A stretch of DNA of 64,000 nucleotides from Polyangiaceae bacterium (lineage in GTDB: Bacteria > Myxococcota_A > Polyangia > Polyangiales > Polyangiaceae): positions 256,001 through 320,000 of the forward strand of contig JBILLK010000009.1 of NCBI GenBank assembly GCA_044376115.1, read 5' to 3'. Below are positions 61,995-64,000 of this stretch, piece after piece. Below the pieces are notes generated by a model. It saw only the letters and a program-made list of their open reading frames with translations, was not told the origin of the DNA and ran no database searches. Numbering within the stretch: the first letter of the stretch is position 1; each line of letters starts with the position of its first letter. A program made the translations under genes and the position numbers.

Positions 61995-63636
61995 ATGACA
62001 AGGAAGATCGGGATCGTGGGCGGCGGCGCGTCGGGGTGTTCACTAGCCTGGGCGCTGCGCAAAGAAGAGACGCGTGGCCTGTGTGAGGTGACACTCTGAC
62101 GTCGTTGGTGGCCATTCCAAAACCATCAACGTCTGGTTCGATGCAGCCGGCAAAGGGCACGCTACCGAGGTCACTCCAGCTCCGGCTGACGCGACCGTCT
62201 ATCCAGTCGACATCGGCGTGCAGTTCGTCTGTCCGACGCTCTATCCGAATTTGTACAAGCAGCTGAAGCTGCCGGAGTTCGACGGCGTCGTCGACCTGAC
62301 CAACCACCCCGAGTTGAAGCTCTCCGGCTCCTTCGGGCCCACGCTCAACTGGGGCAATTTTCCGGCGTACCAATCAGGGCCGCGCTTCGATGATTGTTAC
62401 GACCAGGGCACGGTGCAACTGGCGAAGAACTTTCAACACGACCTCGCATGGGGCCCCTTCACGCCGCTCGATGGCATCGCCTTCTCGACCTCGATGGAGC
62501 AGTACCTCAACGTGAAGGATGTCGCCTGGTCGACCAACTTCTTCCGCTACCTGCTGATCCCTTATCTCGCGATCATCAATGGCTACGGTACGACGGACCT
62601 GCTCTCGACCAATGTCGAAGATCTTTTCCCGATCTTCGTAAAGATCCCTGAGCTGCAGAAGCTCGGGCCCTACGGTTCGTTCACGAGTCCTGGAACTGGG
62701 TGGGATCGTTTCACCAAGGGAGCGACGGAGTGGGTCGTGGCCATGGCTGCGTATGCCACAACCAACGGCGCCACCATTCACTGCGGCAAGACGGTCCTGA
62801 AGGTGTTCACGCGGCCCGATGAGAAGGTCGTCGTGGAGTACGCTGCTACGAGCGACGTCAAAGCGAACGAACTCGACCCAACGCATCCTGTGCCGCGCAG
62901 CCAAGAGGTGTTCGACGAGGTGGTGCTCACCACCGACATGACCACCAATCGCTACCTCTTGGACAACGCTGACAACCCGCTTTACAGCGTGCAGAAGGAG
63001 TACATCAGCGCTGACAAGTTCGCGCTGATCCCCGGCGTTTGTTACATCCACCAAGATGACGAGTGCTTGTCCCCGCACCTTCGCGACAAGCTGGAGGACG
63101 GTCAATACGTCGGCTCCTACTCGGAGACCCCAGCCGCTGAGGGCAACGCTTACAACCTGCCCTACAACTTAGCGACCACCTTCCAGACCTACCTGATGAA
63201 GAACATCCTGGGCACCCCGGTGGATTGCCACGTTTCGATGTACGCCGAGAGCGCGGGGAGCAAGCTGCCCGACCCTGCGAAAGTGATCTACACAAAGACC
63301 TGGCGTCACGGTCGTTGGGTGGCGTCCTTCTTCGACAAGGCCAAGAAGGAGCTGCATCGTGTGCAGGGCTTGGGTCACGTCTGGTTCGCCGGGAACAACA
63401 CCACGGTCGACTCCGAAGAGGGCGCATTGGTATCGGCGATGGCGATCGCCGACGAGATGTTCGACGAGTTCAAATACCCCTTCGACCTCGTCAGCGAGGC
63501 CTACTTCTTCTACCGCTACTTCCAGAACATGATGTTCCCAGTGCAGACCTTCTCCTGGCACCTCGGGCGCACTGCAGCCGATGTCGGGGAGCACGTGAAG
63601 GCGATCTTGGGCGGGGCTGTGCCCTCGGCGGAGTAG
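61995..63636 (+). pseudogene. FAD/NAD-binding oxidoreductase with a frameshift at about 62097 (pseudogene or sequence error)
   Basis: ATG 61995 gives MTRKIGIVGGGASG..EVTL then stop at 62097-62099. The +1 frame continues DVVGGHSKT..VDIGVQF into ORF 62218-63636 (VQG..WFAG..EEGALVSA). Confidence 0.8.
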
Positions 63637-64000
63637 TCAAGGCGCTGGCGCTCGTCGTGGCAGAAACGTCACGGCGAGCGGCGACAGCAGCCCGAACAGG
63701 GACGCAACGATGAACAAGCCCAAGAGGCCGCTCCACTTCGTAATGAAGCCGCTGAGCAAGAGCCCCACGCCGGTGACCAACGCGAGCAAGCAGGCCTGCA
63801 CGGAGAAGTCGGTCGCTCGAGCGTCGGCGTCGGAGGCCTCCATCATCTGCGCGAACAGCCCGACGGTGGCGGCTCCACCAAAGAAGTGCTCGAACGCGCT
63901 AGCGGCGTAGTAAACCCGCAGATCCATCGGCACCATTCCGATTTGCACGGGGTGCAGCAGGGCGAGCACGAGGTAGACGAGGATAGCGGCGCCCTGCATT
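63637..64000 (-). CDS. MFS transporter (AmpG/RhtX-like), 3' part only
   Basis: TM helices with FEHFFGGAATVGLFAQMM..ATDFSVQA. Truncated by the window edge. Confidence 0.75.
   Translation of the reverse strand, partial: MQGAAILVYLVLALLHPVQIGMVPMDLRVYYAASAFEHFFGGAATVGLFAQMMEASDADARATDFSVQACLLALVTGVGLLLSGFITKWSGLLGLFIVASLFGLLSPLAVTFLPRRAPAP

Overview
GC-rich (roughly 64%), gene-dense chromosomal window, most likely from a Myxococcota (Polyangiales/Sorangiineae-like) bacterium. That assignment rests on a MYXO-CTERM-like tail, Myxococcus-type Cys-rich repeats, Gly-linker lipoproteins, and Ser/Thr kinase-PEGA and FGE-domain modules. About 53 CDS can be supported. I saw no rRNA, tRNA, CRISPR array, transposase or phage genes. 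Housekeeping blocks are hpf-ptsN-hprK-rapZ-HPr-EI, scoAB-accD, and yajQ-glmM. The most interesting items are: (1) a minus-strand locus at 4.8-14.2 kb with three copies of one ECF-type promoter motif (TGAATCCAAA-N13-CGAA), which link two fasciclin genes, an ECF sigma/anti-sigma pair, a translationally coupled Ser/Thr kinase, a TPR-PEGA protein and two FGE-domain lipoproteins; (2) an apparently split MoeB/ThiF E1-like enzyme whose missing RxxRQ arginine-finger helix sits on a coupled 91-aa partner; (3) an operon of 5'-nucleotidase, OB-fold lipoprotein and outer-membrane barrel; (4) a headless STAND-TPR ATPase divergent from a membrane protein with an EAD/Death-like N-terminus; (5) a kinase-FHA-degenerate GGDEF fusion, a LamG-like domain interrupted by a Kelch-like propeller, disintegrin-like repeats, and a frameshifted flavoprotein. 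All family calls are by-eye motif recognition; no searches were run.
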